Source: Podarcis pityusensis | Lineage: Eukaryota | Direction: 5' to 3' (one strand) | Assembly: GCA_964106645.2 (NCBI GenBank) | Contig: OZ067046.1 | Length of the DNA stretch: 64,000 bases | Shown: piece after piece, positions 1-12,076 of the stretch | How positions within the stretch are numbered: position 1 is the stretch's first letter | How the letters are laid out: every line of letters starts with the position of its first letter | Made by a program: the position numbers and the translations under genes | Notes under the pieces: generated by a model | Seen by the model: only the letters and a program-made list of their open reading frames with translations | Told to the model about the DNA's origin: nothing | The model's database searches: none

Positions 1-1089
1 TAAAGGTAAGCATCAGAACGTTTGATTGTGCTCAGAAAACAGCACATATTTTGGCAGCACAGTTCATAACATTGTGACTTGTTTTTCTTTATCACTTTGA
101 AAAGTGACACTGCTTGAAAAGGCAAAGTGGAAAGGCACAGGCACGCACACACCCACACCCACCACACCCACTAATGTTGCATTTTGTGTGTTTTGGTCAA
201 TCTTTAATTGTCAGAATAATGCGCTCAGTTCATCATGATTGGAGGTTTTGCCTATAAATACCTAATAAATCCGGGGTTGTTCTTTGCTCACCTGCTGGGA
301 TTACAGTCTGGCTAAAAGTTATAAATGAGAGCCAGACAAAGTTCCATATTGTGCATCTTGACTTTTTTCTCAAAAACCAACAACCATTTACTTTTAAAGA
401 AGTTAGGATTATTAGGTTCTATAAGAGAGTTGTAGCAAAAGTCAACAGGAACCTCTTTGTTTCAGTCTTCCCTGTACAGAATGGAATCTTCAAAATATCA
501 CTACCTACTTGACTGCTCAATTGCATATTTTTGGAAAGGAAATGAATAGTTACTCCTGATCATCCACTCCAGTAAATATTTCCCTTTCATTGCAGTTTAT
601 TTGAACTGTGCGATTAAATTGCAACCACAAGGTTTTAAAAATCCGACAAATTAAAGCATATTTCTCTAGCCTTTTCTATGCTTAGAGTCTTTGGGCATAA
701 TTAAGGAAAAGTTGAAAGTTGGTTTCAATGCAGCAATTAAACTTGTATTTAAATCTCTCCTTTAAAATGTTTTGATTTTAGCCTTTTGCTACATTTGTGC
801 TTTTCCACTGTTAAATCGTCTTCACCAGGAAGCTGAAATCTTCGAAGTAATTGAAGGTGTATTATTACCAACACAAATACCAAATGCAATCTGGCCAAAC
901 CCTATGGGAACTCCTATTTATCTGAATGGAGGAATTAGGGTGAAGCAATATTTTAAGTGGGTGGATGTTTGCAAAATGGTTCTGGTCTGGTCCTTCCTGG
1001 AATGCCACTTACATGAGGTAGAGCTGGAAGATTTCGGACTGACATATCACCTGTGCTGTCCCACAAGTGTCCAGTTTGTTTCCTCACAT

Positions 1090-1305
1090 TTCACATTTAC
1101 ATGAAACCACGGGGGAGATTGTCTGGAGATATGGAGAGCCATGTCATCAGCATGGCACACAGCTCTGATTCTGGCAAGGCTGTTATCTTGAACTTCAAAA
1201 GGTGACTGCAATTTGGAACCAATGAATTACAATTCATCAAGAGGTTTGACGCTATCTCCTATGGAATAACTGACGAAATGGATTTTTAAAAAATGACACT
1301 ACATG
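1090..1305 (+). mobile_element. Degenerate L2 reverse-transcriptase fragment followed by a Penelope-like GIY-YIG C-terminal fragment
   Basis: 1097-1165 reads YMKPRGEIVWRYGEPCHQH, resembling L2 YMKPLGE..RR.G..CHQYADD. 1180-1300 reads AVIL..FK..LQ..ELQFIKRFDAISYGI, resembling the end of a Penelope ORF. Both are short and decayed. Confidence 0.45.
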
Positions 1306-2290
1306 TGTGAATTGGTCTACCAATGCCAGGATATCTGGGTTATCCACACAACAGTTATTAAGTTTGGCGTCCTTTTGTTTTGGCTTCCAGTGCCAGGTAA
1401 AGACAATTTTGTTCAGGTGTTGTTGTGTTTTTAAAATTGTCTGTGGTATTTTAAGCTGGGTGATGTTTAAAATTATCTCCCAAGCTGTGTGCGCTTTTAA
1501 TGGTTTAAATTTTGATATTTTTTTTTCTTTGATGGTTAGCTGCCTTCTGCTTTGGTGAATGTTTATTTCAATAATTTATATCCAATGTGTTCAAACAAGT
1601 ATGGTGAATTAGCTGCATGCATTAAACACACAGCTTCCAAAAGTGATTTTCTTTTGGAACAGTAAACAAAGGCAGTGCACTTCTTTCCAGGTGTAGCAGA
1701 CATGTTTTATAACGACAGGTGCTTACAATAGACAAAAAGGTGACCATTCGCAATTTATTAACAAACTGAGTTTGCTTCATTGATTTTGGTACAACAAGAG
1801 TGAAAACAAATTATGGGTATAAGTAATTAAAAACCTTTCAACAAAAACTGTACCATTAGCAACCAGTAAATAAGACAATTCCTACTCTCATGTTTTAGAT
1901 TTTTTTAAAAAATAGAAAGGAAAACCCTCACATACGTGTGTTGTGTACTAAAACTTTTAAGCGATTTTGATGAAAAGTTTCTTCACAAGAAAAAGGATAT
2001 TCTGCATAGTATGCTTATTAGTAAAACATCTTTAAATGTTTTGAAGTTTTACACATTATTGACAAAATAGATTTTCATAAATGTATATCTATAAGTTAAC
2101 CTGAAATAAGCAAGAACACAGATCAGGGAGGAAAAAGCAAATTTGAAGGTATGCTGGATAATACTTACAGCGCTCAAAAGGTGTTCCTGCCTGTAGTCAC
2201 TGCTTGGAATTAAGTCACAGTCTAAAGAGCACTCATATAAGTTGCAGAGACGGAAGGGAAAAAACCCCCTGATGTGATTTAAAAAATGAC

Positions 2291-2497
2291 TAATCAATCA
2301 TTAAACCCACCTATTCCCACCTGCCACTTTCCCTTTTGTTGGCGTTAGTGAATGGTGAATCATTAACCTCAGCTGTATCTCCTAATAAGATCAACCAATA
2401 TTTTTGTAAATCAGCATCACAAACATATGAGGAAATGTTTCCTATTGTTCAGCCAATAAATCTTGCCGAGAGGCCATTTAGAAATACAATTGTTTAC
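2291..2497. promoter_or_regulatory. Candidate liver/kidney-type enhancer or promoter (HNF1, FOXA, ONECUT, CCAAT motifs)
   Basis: GGTGAATCATTAACC at 2354-2368 (one mismatch to the HNF1 palindrome), AATCAAT at 2292-2298, CCAAT at 2395 and 2453, TGTTTAC at 2491, in apparently non-repetitive sequence. Confidence 0.4.
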
Positions 2498-3749
2498 TCT
2501 GGCCCTGCTCTTTACTAATAGCTTCCTCTTAAGAGACTCTTTGCTGTGAGATCATCTCAAATTTGCCATTAAATTGGTCACCAACATTGGTTATTGGACA
2601 GAAACAAGACTTTCCAAAGGAATGGGAAATGGCCTTCTAATGGGACAAGGTGTATGGTAACGGGCATTATTAAATAAAAGGTGTAACAGAAACAGAGCAA
2701 AATAATACCATATAAACATAATAAATTGTCAAGTTCTTCGTCTTAGCATATCGTCAAGGATTTTAATATTATTTCCTTGGGGTGAAGTTATATTAACCCT
2801 TGGGGTCAAAAGGAGTTGTAGCTTTCAACAGATTATTTTTTTTAATGAAAATTATCAAGTGGAGGTTGGGTCCATAAGCAAGAAAGAAGGGGGCAGAGAG
2901 TGCATAACCTTTCCTCTGGGTCTTCCTGATCAAAATTGCCTCTGTCAAGCTCCTGTTCTCCCTTCAAGGGAATAGACACAGGGAACCACATCTTTTTTCC
3001 CCCTTCATGGAGAAAGCAGCATGTGGAGGATAAAACAGGGGTAACCATCATGTATGCAACCCAGAGACTCTTACAGAAACTGGGTGGGGGCACATACAAA
3101 TGCAACACACCGTAGCCCAAGTACCACTATCAAAAATTACACACCATTTTCCACCTCGAGAAAATCATTTTAACTTTTCAAAAATACTTCATTGAAAGAA
3201 GCACTGAGCATCTTTGGGGGGGGGGGCAAAGCTTTGGAACTCTTTTTAGCTATACAGGACCATTTTGCTGTCCTCCCTGTCATCTATTCCATCAGTCAAG
3301 GCATTTAGAAACAAAAACAGCACTTGCCTCCACTTAGCATTCAAGTTATTCTGAACTTAACCAGGGGAAGGGCCTCTCTCCTGAAAACACTCTGGAATAG
3401 CATGCAGCTTGGATCCCTATACCCTGCGCCATCCAGCAGCTGGTGCAGCTTTTGAAGAGCGAATACAGGGAAATGGTTAATGCAGAGTTTTGTTGCAACA
3501 CATGCACAGGCCATCTATTTTTCTTAGCAAGTAAAGCCTAGCTAAGTATTTATTACAGAAAGAGACTCACACTGCGTCTGCGGTTGCACACCTTCTCCTT
3601 CTTACAAGCTCACAAAAGAAATACTAAGCAAAGCAAGGAAGGGCAAAACGGCTCAAAGTAGCAAGCACTCACTGGCTATGAGAATGTGCTAAGAGCTGCA
3701 AGGAGGCAAAGTCTTCAAGAAAACAGCTCTGAGCAGTGGCACAGCGTGG

Positions 3750-4000
3750 GTTGCCAGTGCCCGGGGCTGCGCAGAGGGGGCAGGTACGGAGTATGCATTT
3801 GCATTCAACTGCCTAATGGCGTCCACATCACCAGGTGATCACAGAGATAAGAAGAGTCGTTCCATTATCACTTTCTGGTTCACATGGAGAATCTGTTTTC
3901 AGCTGAGCCCAGTGATGTTGAAATTTTGCATTGCCTAACAATTTTGTGTCTGGGGCAACTGCCCCACTGGCTTTGAGCAATGCCACAACCAACCATAACT
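3750..4000 (+). repeat. Unclassified interspersed repeat, second copy at ~43020-43290
   Basis: Shares the blocks gcattcaactgcct, gcgtccacatca, cacagagataagaagagtc and gagcccagtga, in order, with the 43 kb copy. Confidence 0.75.
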
Positions 4001-5275
4001 TTGCCCAGTACAAATCATATATTGCGTGCCCCACCCCCATCTTGCAATCCTTGTATATTTAAGTTAGAAGCATGAAAGTAGATTAAAATAAGTTACAACC
4101 AGAGGCAACTGGGAACATTTTAACTTGGCAAGGTTAAAAATTGAAGCCCTGCACGTTATCATAATAGGGTATGTACAGAACTGATGTAGGAAAGTGTGAC
4201 ATAACAGATGTCCAGAGTCCCATTGTACATCCATGGATTCAGGAAGAGCTTCCATGTTAAAGGGCGAAAGTTTGATTTTCACACAAGACTGACCTATTGT
4301 TTAGAAAGTAAGCCATACCATATAGCCTAAGTTTTTGAACCCATTTATTTATTAGTACCTACCACTTTAAAAAAAACCCTAAGCAAACACACTTTTAAAA
4401 CACAAGGAACACTTACTTCCAGGTGCATGCAGTTTTCCACCACAAGAAAATCAATTTAACTTTTCATTATCCAAAGTACTTTCTCCTCAAAATTAGAAGA
4501 AAATTTTCCAACCAGTAGACCAAAATGAGTGTTTCATTTGAACCAGAATGCAGTAGAGCATAGCAGAACAAATTTACAATGGGTGACTCGGTCCTGAAGA
4601 TGTGGCATAACCTCTGCTCATGTGCAGAGTCTATTACACCAGAATAAACGCAATCAGTTTATTTCAGGTTTGAAGAAGGGTGTGGAGTGTGATACCTGGG
4701 CAGGCACAGATCCAAAACTTTTCATTTTATAAATTCATTGACAAACTCACAAAAAAGCAAGCAAGAAATAATTCTTCTCCATCACACATTCAAGATATTC
4801 TGAACTTAAGCTTGCTGGAGCCAGATCAGAACACAAATTTTCTGAAAATATTGTGGCAAATGTTTTGGAATCGCACGTAGGTCAGATGAACCTGCCTGCC
4901 GCACCAGGGCGGCTGAGTGAATACCAAAAAATGGTTAATACACAATTTGTTGCACACTCATATACAAGCCATCGACCACTTCCTCCCCTCCAAATTCAGT
5001 TCACAAAATAAATGCAAATCAATTAAGTTTTTAAAAACATAGAAAATGACTCACACTATACCCACTGTTGCTTGTTTGCTTACACTTTCTCTCTAGCAAG
5101 GTCCAAAACAAATACTTTTTTTAAAAAAACCTCCTCAAAATAGAAAACACTCCATGATCCACACTACTAAAACATGCTAAAAGTTATGAGGGGATGTGGT
5201 CTTCAAGGAAACAGCTCTGAGCCTGCTCATGGCACAGGGCTGTCCTTCCAGGTTCTCAAGCAGCTTCTCCTAATC

Positions 5276-5822
5276 TAGGGTTACCAGACGTCCCCAGTTC
5301 CTGGACACAGTTCCCAGATTTGCAAATCTGTTCCCAGGAAACATGGCAGTGGCAGCCTCAGCAGCCCAGAGGCAGCCTGGTAGCACAGTTGGCTCCGGCT
5401 GGCTTCAGGAGCTGCTTGCTGCCCTGGCACCCGCCATTTTTCCTGCGCCATGGCAGCGAGCAGCTCCTGAAGCCAGCCAGAACCAACTGCACTACCAGGC
5501 TGGCCCCTCCTGGGCAATGCCTGCCCGCCCGTGACTCCCGAGCCTCCCCTGATCTGTCAAAACAAAGGGGGGAAGGGGCAGGAGATCGGGGCAGGCTCAG
5601 GAGTCACGGGCGGGCGGTACGCCGTTGCCCAGTTTTTAAAAAAACTCTGCGCATTTATGTTTCACAGGGTGCGAAAGAAGGGCTTTGCACCTTTATACAA
5701 TTTGCATGTATGCTTGGGCCCAGGGTCTGTTGCCTCACTACTGACTCCCCGTTGCTACTCAACTTAAAAAAACAAAACAAAAACGTGTCCCCGGATTCAT
5801 TGAAAAAAATCTGGTAACCATA
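5276..5822. mobile_element. Non-autonomous hAT (Blackjack-like) DNA transposon
   Basis: Terminal inverted repeats (TIRs) TAGGGTTACCAGA / TCTGGTAACCATA; perfect 8-bp TSD TCCTAATC (5268-5275, 5823-5830); internal 58-bp inverted repeat. Confidence 0.9.
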
Positions 5823-6663
5823 TCCTAATCTGATATTAGGGAATGCTGGATCCTTCTCCTAACAGCAGAGGGAGTTGGAGCTCACCCAGCAGAGACTGAA
5901 AAGCCAGCAGCCCTCCTACTAGTCAGTAACTCCAATAGCCAAAAAGCCTCAAAATCAAATGTCAGCCACATGGTTCTTCTTCCCAGAGACACACGGGAAG
6001 GGCCTCTTTGCCATAGCTATGCTTTGGGGTTAGAATTGGCTGTGAGGTGCAGAGGTCTGAGAGAACAGGAGGTTAGCATGAAAACCTCTGGACTTGTTTA
6101 TTTTTTAAAAAATCAAACCGCAAAATTGAGTCTGCAATTGGAAGTCAGGAATGGAAAGGGTTAAGCAGCTCTTTCTCAAATCATTCCTCCACTAAAGCTG
6201 AACTCCCCACAGCTGCATTTCAGCTATTTTAAAAAGACTGACATCTGTTCATGTGTCTCCCACATATCATTAGGAGTATGCGAATTCCTACCTTACCATT
6301 CTGCAGAAAAACTGAGTCCCTGCTCCCTGCCTTGTCCTGTGCCACATGCAAAAGTGGGATATTGTTGGTCCTCTTTTTTAAAAAAGTAATTTTATTACAG
6401 TCAATGGCCAGTATCAAGATAAAAACACCAATTACAAAATTTAAAAGCTCGACTAGATAAAATGATATAAAATCACATATACATATAAAAAGCAGTTCTG
6501 AGTGGTCATTTATTTGTCAGAAAGGAAAGCCTTCTGACCTAGAAGTGTCCATTGGTCAATATATTATATGATATACTAATCCTGGGTGATAATCATTATA
6601 GCTCGTATTTTGATTGCTGATGGACAAAATTTGGTCACAAAATGTTCAGGGGTATGCATCCCC

Positions 6664-7055
6664 CAGTGGCGTAGCGTGGGGGGTGCAGGGGGGGCCGGCC
6701 GCACCGGGCGCAACATCTGGGGGGGGCGCTCGCACTCGCAGCTCTCTGCCCCTACCTGGCTCACTCACTCTCTCTCACTGCAGTGCTGGCTGTGCGAATC
6801 CGATCCGAGCCGCTGGGTCGCCGCCCACTGTGGAGAGGGCGGGTGCCAGGCGTGCGGTGCGGAGAGAGAGCGAGGGACTATCTGGGGGAGGGACAGTGCA
6901 GCGGCCGCCCAGCGCAGCGCGGAGCGCGGGAGAGAACCACACCAGACCAGACCAGGCAGCAGCAAGAAGAAGCTGGCAGCGGTGGCAGGTTAGGGGTTAG
7001 GGGGCGCAAATTACTTGCCTTGCCCCAGGTGCTGACAACCCACGCTACGCCGCTG
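6664..7055. mobile_element. Young GC/CpG-rich non-autonomous hAT element nested in an older element
   Basis: TIRs CAGTGGCGTAGCGTGGG / CCCACGCTACGCCGCTG; 8-bp TSD GCATCCCC/GCGTCCCC (6656-6663, 7056-7063); the host element ends in gaaaaaagcactg at ~7088. Confidence 0.88.
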
Positions 7056-9599
7056 GCGTCCCCTGCATCCCCCTAGAAAAAAGCACTGGTCGCACCACTT
7101 TCTTTATTAAGTATGTGGCTCTGCAAATTCCTTTCATTGGGAGAATGGGCCTTTGCATTATTAAAGAGTTTGCTAAGTATAGGTGACAAGTTGCCATACT
7201 GGCTCCAGATATAGGACGGTATATAAATTCAATAAATAAATAAATAGCTAAAAGTCAGAGGTGCACCTTGGAAGCAGTATCATCAGTATAACATACACTG
7301 CATTGTGATGATATGAATAAAAATCCAGCCCCAAACCACTCATTGTTTTTCTATAAAAACGGACAAAACATGGGAGAGGTCGTTCCAATGCAGATTTGGG
7401 GTGCTGGAACATCCCAAATTTGTGCAAGAATACATATTTGGAGAATTTATTTCACATTCTGGCATATAACTTAGTTTGTCTGTTACTTGATTTTTAATCA
7501 GAGCCCTTCAGTAAGAAACGTTTGAAGTAAGAAGCTATCAATAAATGAGGCAGTGGTTAAATTTAAGCATGGACCATCGCCAATTACATGCATGCTGGCA
7601 TCTGCCCAAAATCATTGAATGGAAAAATAAAAATGGGCTGATTGCATCAAACCGAAACACATCTTATCTGCATTAACATACAAATCACTGAGGACCAAAA
7701 TGATTGCTATGCTGTGCCAAGCTACACCTGCGGAATTGTTTTCTTCTACACAGCTATTATAGGGGCAGCAGCTCTGTCTTCTTTTCCACCTGGCCACTTG
7801 CAGGAGATTCCCTGCACTCAAACACACACACATACAACACACACTTGCTGCAAGCAAATTTGAAGCTACCTGGAGCTACATTGTGGTTTAAAAAAGAAAC
7901 TTTAACAATCTAGTCCTAACTGAAGGAAGGAAGCTCCGGATGAATAGCTAAACTTGCACCACAACCTTATTCAAATCTTATTCCAAGGGTCCAACAAAAA
8001 AATAGGTTTTGATGTCCCACACTAGGGCTTGGATTCTAAGATACATTAACCCAAGAAAGTTCACAGAATACAATTCCCCAATGCAGTCCACTCCCTAAGA
8101 AAAGCCTCCGCAGAGGGTTGGGTCCCCCAAACCATGTGGAAACCTGGGAAGGTTAGAGAGGGGAGAACGGGACAAGAACCGTCTTTCTGTTAACATCCTT
8201 AAGTGAGCTGATCATAGGATCCAAGCCAAAGTCTGTCTTTTTACTAGCTATGTCACTGCTCTGCACCTTTTTATTACTTTATTACAGTAGATCTGCTTAG
8301 CCCGCTAAGTTCATACATTTTGCTGATTTTATACAACGAGAAGGGCAACTATCTGTACGCACAAGAGATAATATGTCATAAATCAAAGTAGGGTTGAAAC
8401 AAAAAGCAATGTCAAGGACTGCTTCACACACATATTGCTAAAAAAAAAACCCCATTTAAACAGCAAACTGTTGACACTTAAAGGTCTGCCAGAATAAGAC
8501 AACTCAGCCATAGGGAAATCTTTTGTTTTTCCTGAAACTCTCAATGTGAACCTATTAATTGTAGTCCATCCTTCCTTATGTAGGCTGTTTCGCTAGAGAG
8601 GAGTGTTCCTCATGTGTTGTGCAGAAATACACTGGTTTATTTCATTGAGATTTACTGCCCTTTTTCTTAAAATCATTCCCAAGAGTCATGTCTAGCTAGC
8701 AGTACACAGTGGGCAAATTTATTTCTAATTTATTTCATTTCCCCTTTGAACTAAAGTGCAAAATAGTTGTAGTTGGAATACGTAGCATGCCGTGCTTTTC
8801 AAAGCAGAATAAGGCCCTTAGAAATGCATGACTCATACACTTTCATCAACCTAATAAACCTAAATTTATTCTTGAATGCCAGAGAATAGAATAAAGAACT
8901 TCATTCTTTTCTTCCAAAACAACTTCCTTTCTCCCTCATGGCTGATCTAATCTTATACTGCCTAATTGAGGCCACGACCTTGCATTCTATTGCATTGCAG
9001 AATGTGAGTTTCCCCTATAAAAAATGTCTGACATAATGCTTGATCAGCTCTAATAAAATGCATGTACACATCAATGAGTGTTCCCTTCCCTTTGTTGAAG
9101 AGTGTGTAGGAGGAAGCAAGCTGAAATTCAGCTTCAGCTATGCTAGGTAAAACAAAACAACCCTCCTCTCTCTCCCAAAACCAAAATATCCTACAGAAAT
9201 AATAATAGGGACCTATCCTTGGGATACAGTTTGTGGATTCTAAAATTGTGTAACTGAATTCCACTGTGACCTGGCAATTCTCAAGGAGCAAGCACAGTTA
9301 TGTCTTGAGAGATCATGTGCTAGTTTACACCTGCAGGTAGATCTCTTCATTTCTCAGCACTTGACAAGTGCCATTGGGAGGTGTGAACTGGCCTAACAAG
9401 AAAACATTCAGTTTTGGGCAATATGAGCATTTCATCCAAGGTGTTGTATGTGTCATGGCTCTTTTGCATATGCCAGCCATATCACTTGACATTGCAGGCA
9501 GCAGGAAAGGAGATTCAGATGTAACCAATAATTTTTAAAAACAGTAACATAGAAGTGATTTGTGGTTACAGAGTCTGTGTTCACACTACTGCCTTAAAA

Positions 9600-9983
9600 G
9601 GCAGGTGGTGCTGTGGTCTAAACCACTAAGCCTCTTGGGCTTGCCAATCAGAAGGTTGGCAGTTCAAATCTGCGTGATGGGGGTGAGCTCCCGTTGCTCT
9701 GTCCCAGCTCCTGCCAATCTAGCAGTTCGAAAGCAGGCCAGTGTAGTAGACAAATAGGTGCCGCTGCGGCGGGAAGGTAAACGGTGTTTCCATGCACTCT
9801 GGTTTCCATCACGGTGTCTAGTTGCGCTAGAAGCGGTTTAGTCCTGCTGGCCACATGACCCATAAACTGTCTGTGGAGAAACACCGGCTCCCTCAGCCTG
9901 AAAAGCAAGATGAGCGCCGCAACCCCAGAGTCGCCTTTGACTGGACTTAACCTAAACCCTTTTTAAAAAAACAACAACACATG
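9600..9983 (+). mobile_element. Sauria/Squam1 SINE
   Basis: tRNA-derived head with A and B boxes, typical body (gagctcccgttgctc...gggaaggtaaacgg...gcaaccccagagtcg), TSD ACTGCCTTAAAA (9588-9599, 9984-9995). Confidence 0.92.
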
Positions 9984-10369
9984 ACTGCCTTAAAACACAG
10001 CTTGGTTCTGTTCTCAATTAGGAGATGGGGAAATGCATCAAAAATCAGTACTTCATAATAAATGACAAGATAGATGCAGCATAGAGCCATAGATATGGAT
10101 TGTGGCTCATGTCATGTGTGCACCACTTGGGAGCGCACTGGATGCAGAAGCTGATCTTCCAGGTGGAATGCAATCCTGCCCAGAACAGGCTGAACAGCAC
10201 TTCCCACTCCAGACAAACCACCAGCCTACAGCAACTCTATCTTGTATGGACTGAAATTCAGATTATTGGTCTCCACCCTGTCAGTTCCCTAATGCAATGA
10301 TTCAGCACTTCCAGAGCTTTGCCTGAGTTTGATTTTTTTTTTTTTTTTTGTAAGAGAAACTAAAAGCAA

Positions 10370-10545
10370 GAGAAAGAAATAGTGGTGTGTTTCTGCAGAA
10401 TACTGATGGCTCTTTCCTCCAAATCGTTGGATGACCTTAATGAGGGGCTTCAGGGAGATGTGAAATAGCACGGGAGTCAAGCCAGAATGCTGTGGAACAT
10501 TATAAGATAACTGCCATGGGGCAGAGGAATTCAGTGTCATATTGG
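10370..10545 (-). mobile_element. Degenerate L2 LINE reverse-transcriptase fragment
   Basis: SAPWQLSYNVPQHSGLTPVLFHISLKPLIKVIQRFGGKSHQYSAETH resembles GVPQGSILSPMLFNIYMKPL..RRFG..HQYADDTQ. Confidence 0.7.
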
Positions 10546-11144
10546 AACCCTGCCGATAATCAAGATAGGAACAGGACCGCTACAAAGCAGTGCCTCCAGT
10601 TCCCATCCTGATAGGAAACTTTGGGTGATGAGTCTGAATGCCACTAAGAGATCCAAATGAATAAGGACACACAGTTCTGGCACCTCTCAGGTGGGTGTCA
10701 TTGTATGATAAGAGAACAAGAGAGGCGTTCAGGGTGAGTTCCAGCACCCGTTTTCCTATAAAAATAGCACTGGACATGCACACCCAGATGTATATCTACC
10801 CACCATGGCTATGCACATGTATTTATTTATTGGAATACTTGCATACCATTTTCCAACCCAAAGTTTTCAAAGTGGTTTACAAAGGTGACTTGCAAGCAGG
10901 TTTGAATAAAGTTGGGTTGTTTTTTTTTTACATTCTCAGCAGAGATGGGGTTCTGCATCTGGATCCATTCTGGAACAAAGGAAGAGACTCCTGCTCTGGC
11001 TTTTGTGGCCTCCGTGGGAGGTGGGGACAATGAGCAACTCTTTGCCCCAGGTTAGAATGTCTGTGTCCAGTGGGCAGGGCAGGGCTGTTGCTGCTATCAG
11101 CTGTGATACCAGTCAGCTGATTTGACGGCAGTTAGAATACTCAC

Positions 11145-11214
11145 GTAGACAAGAGTGCCTGGCGTGCTCTGGTGCCTGGGGTCAGACACGACTGAACGAT
11201 TAAACAACAACAAA
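11145..11214 (+). mobile_element. Extremely 5'-truncated BovB (RTE) insertion, ~70 bp
   Basis: BovB 3' end (gagtgcctggcgtgctctgg...gacacgact..aaacaacaacaa) flanked by TSD AATACTCAC (11136-11144, 11215-11223). Confidence 0.85.
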
Positions 11215-11364
11215 AATACTCACAAGACGGACCTGATGAATTTGTCATCCTCCCTCACCAAGGCCAGTGGAGGTTCTGGCCACTTTTCCAACAGCAGCCT
11301 TCCTTCAAAGTTGCCATGTGCTGATTCCATTGCCACATCTAGGCAGTTGCAAAGATCACTGGCC

Positions 11365-12076
11365 CAGATCCTCCAAGTGCCCCTATTTTCTAGGGACAGT
11401 TCAGGATTTATAGAAGCTGTCCCAGTTTCTGATTTGATCCTGGAATGCCCTGCTTTTCCTTAAAGGTAAAGGTAAAGGTACCCCTGACCGTTAGGTCCAG
11501 TCACAGACGACTCTGGGGTTGCGGTGCTCATCTCACTTTATTGGCTGAGGGAGCTTCCGGGTCTTGTGGCCAGCATGACTAAGCGGCTTCTGGCGAACCA
11601 AAGCAGTGCGTGGAAACGCCGTTTACCTTCCCGCTGGAGCGGTACCTATTTATCTACTTGCACTTGACGTGCTTTCGAACTGCTAGGTTGGCAGGAGCTG
11701 GGACTGAGCAACAGGAGCTCACCCCATTGCGGGGATTCGAACCGCCAACCTTCTGATCGGCAAGCCCTAGGTTCTGTGGTTTAGACCACAGCGCCACCCA
11801 CGTCCCCCCTGCTTTTCCTTAGGACATCCCTATTTTCATCAGAGAAATGTTGCAGGGTATGGAGTTATGTGACCCCTGGAGCCATCTGAGGGCAGCCCTG
11901 TATAAGGAAGTTTTTTAATGTTTAATGTTTTATTATCCTTTTATATATGTTGGAAACCGCCCAGAGTGGCTGGGGCAACCTAGTCAGATGGGTGGGGTAT
12001 AAATAGTAAGATTAAAGTAATAATATTATGGAATAGAACATCCATGTTTTTCATCATAGAAATGTTGAAGGTTATG
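11365..12076. mobile_element. Composite non-autonomous DNA transposon containing an L2 3' tail, interrupted by a Sauria SINE
   Basis: Left end CAGATCCTCCAA; right end occurs twice (TTGCAGGGTATG 11850-11861, TTGAAGGTTATG ending 12076); 6-bp direct repeat CTGGCC flanks the outer ends; L2 tail at ~11880-12025. Confidence 0.7.
11463..11806 (-). mobile_element. Sauria/Squam1 SINE, near full length
   Basis: (ACCTTT)n tail, intact B box GGTTCGAATCC, 15-bp TSD CCCTGCTTTTCCTTA (11448-11462, 11807-11821). Confidence 0.95.

Noticed and set aside
5281-7076. Clusters of overlapping ORFs at 5.3-5.8 kb and 6.6-7.1 kb
   Set aside because: They lie in GC-rich non-autonomous hAT elements where stops are rare; no protein family resemblance.
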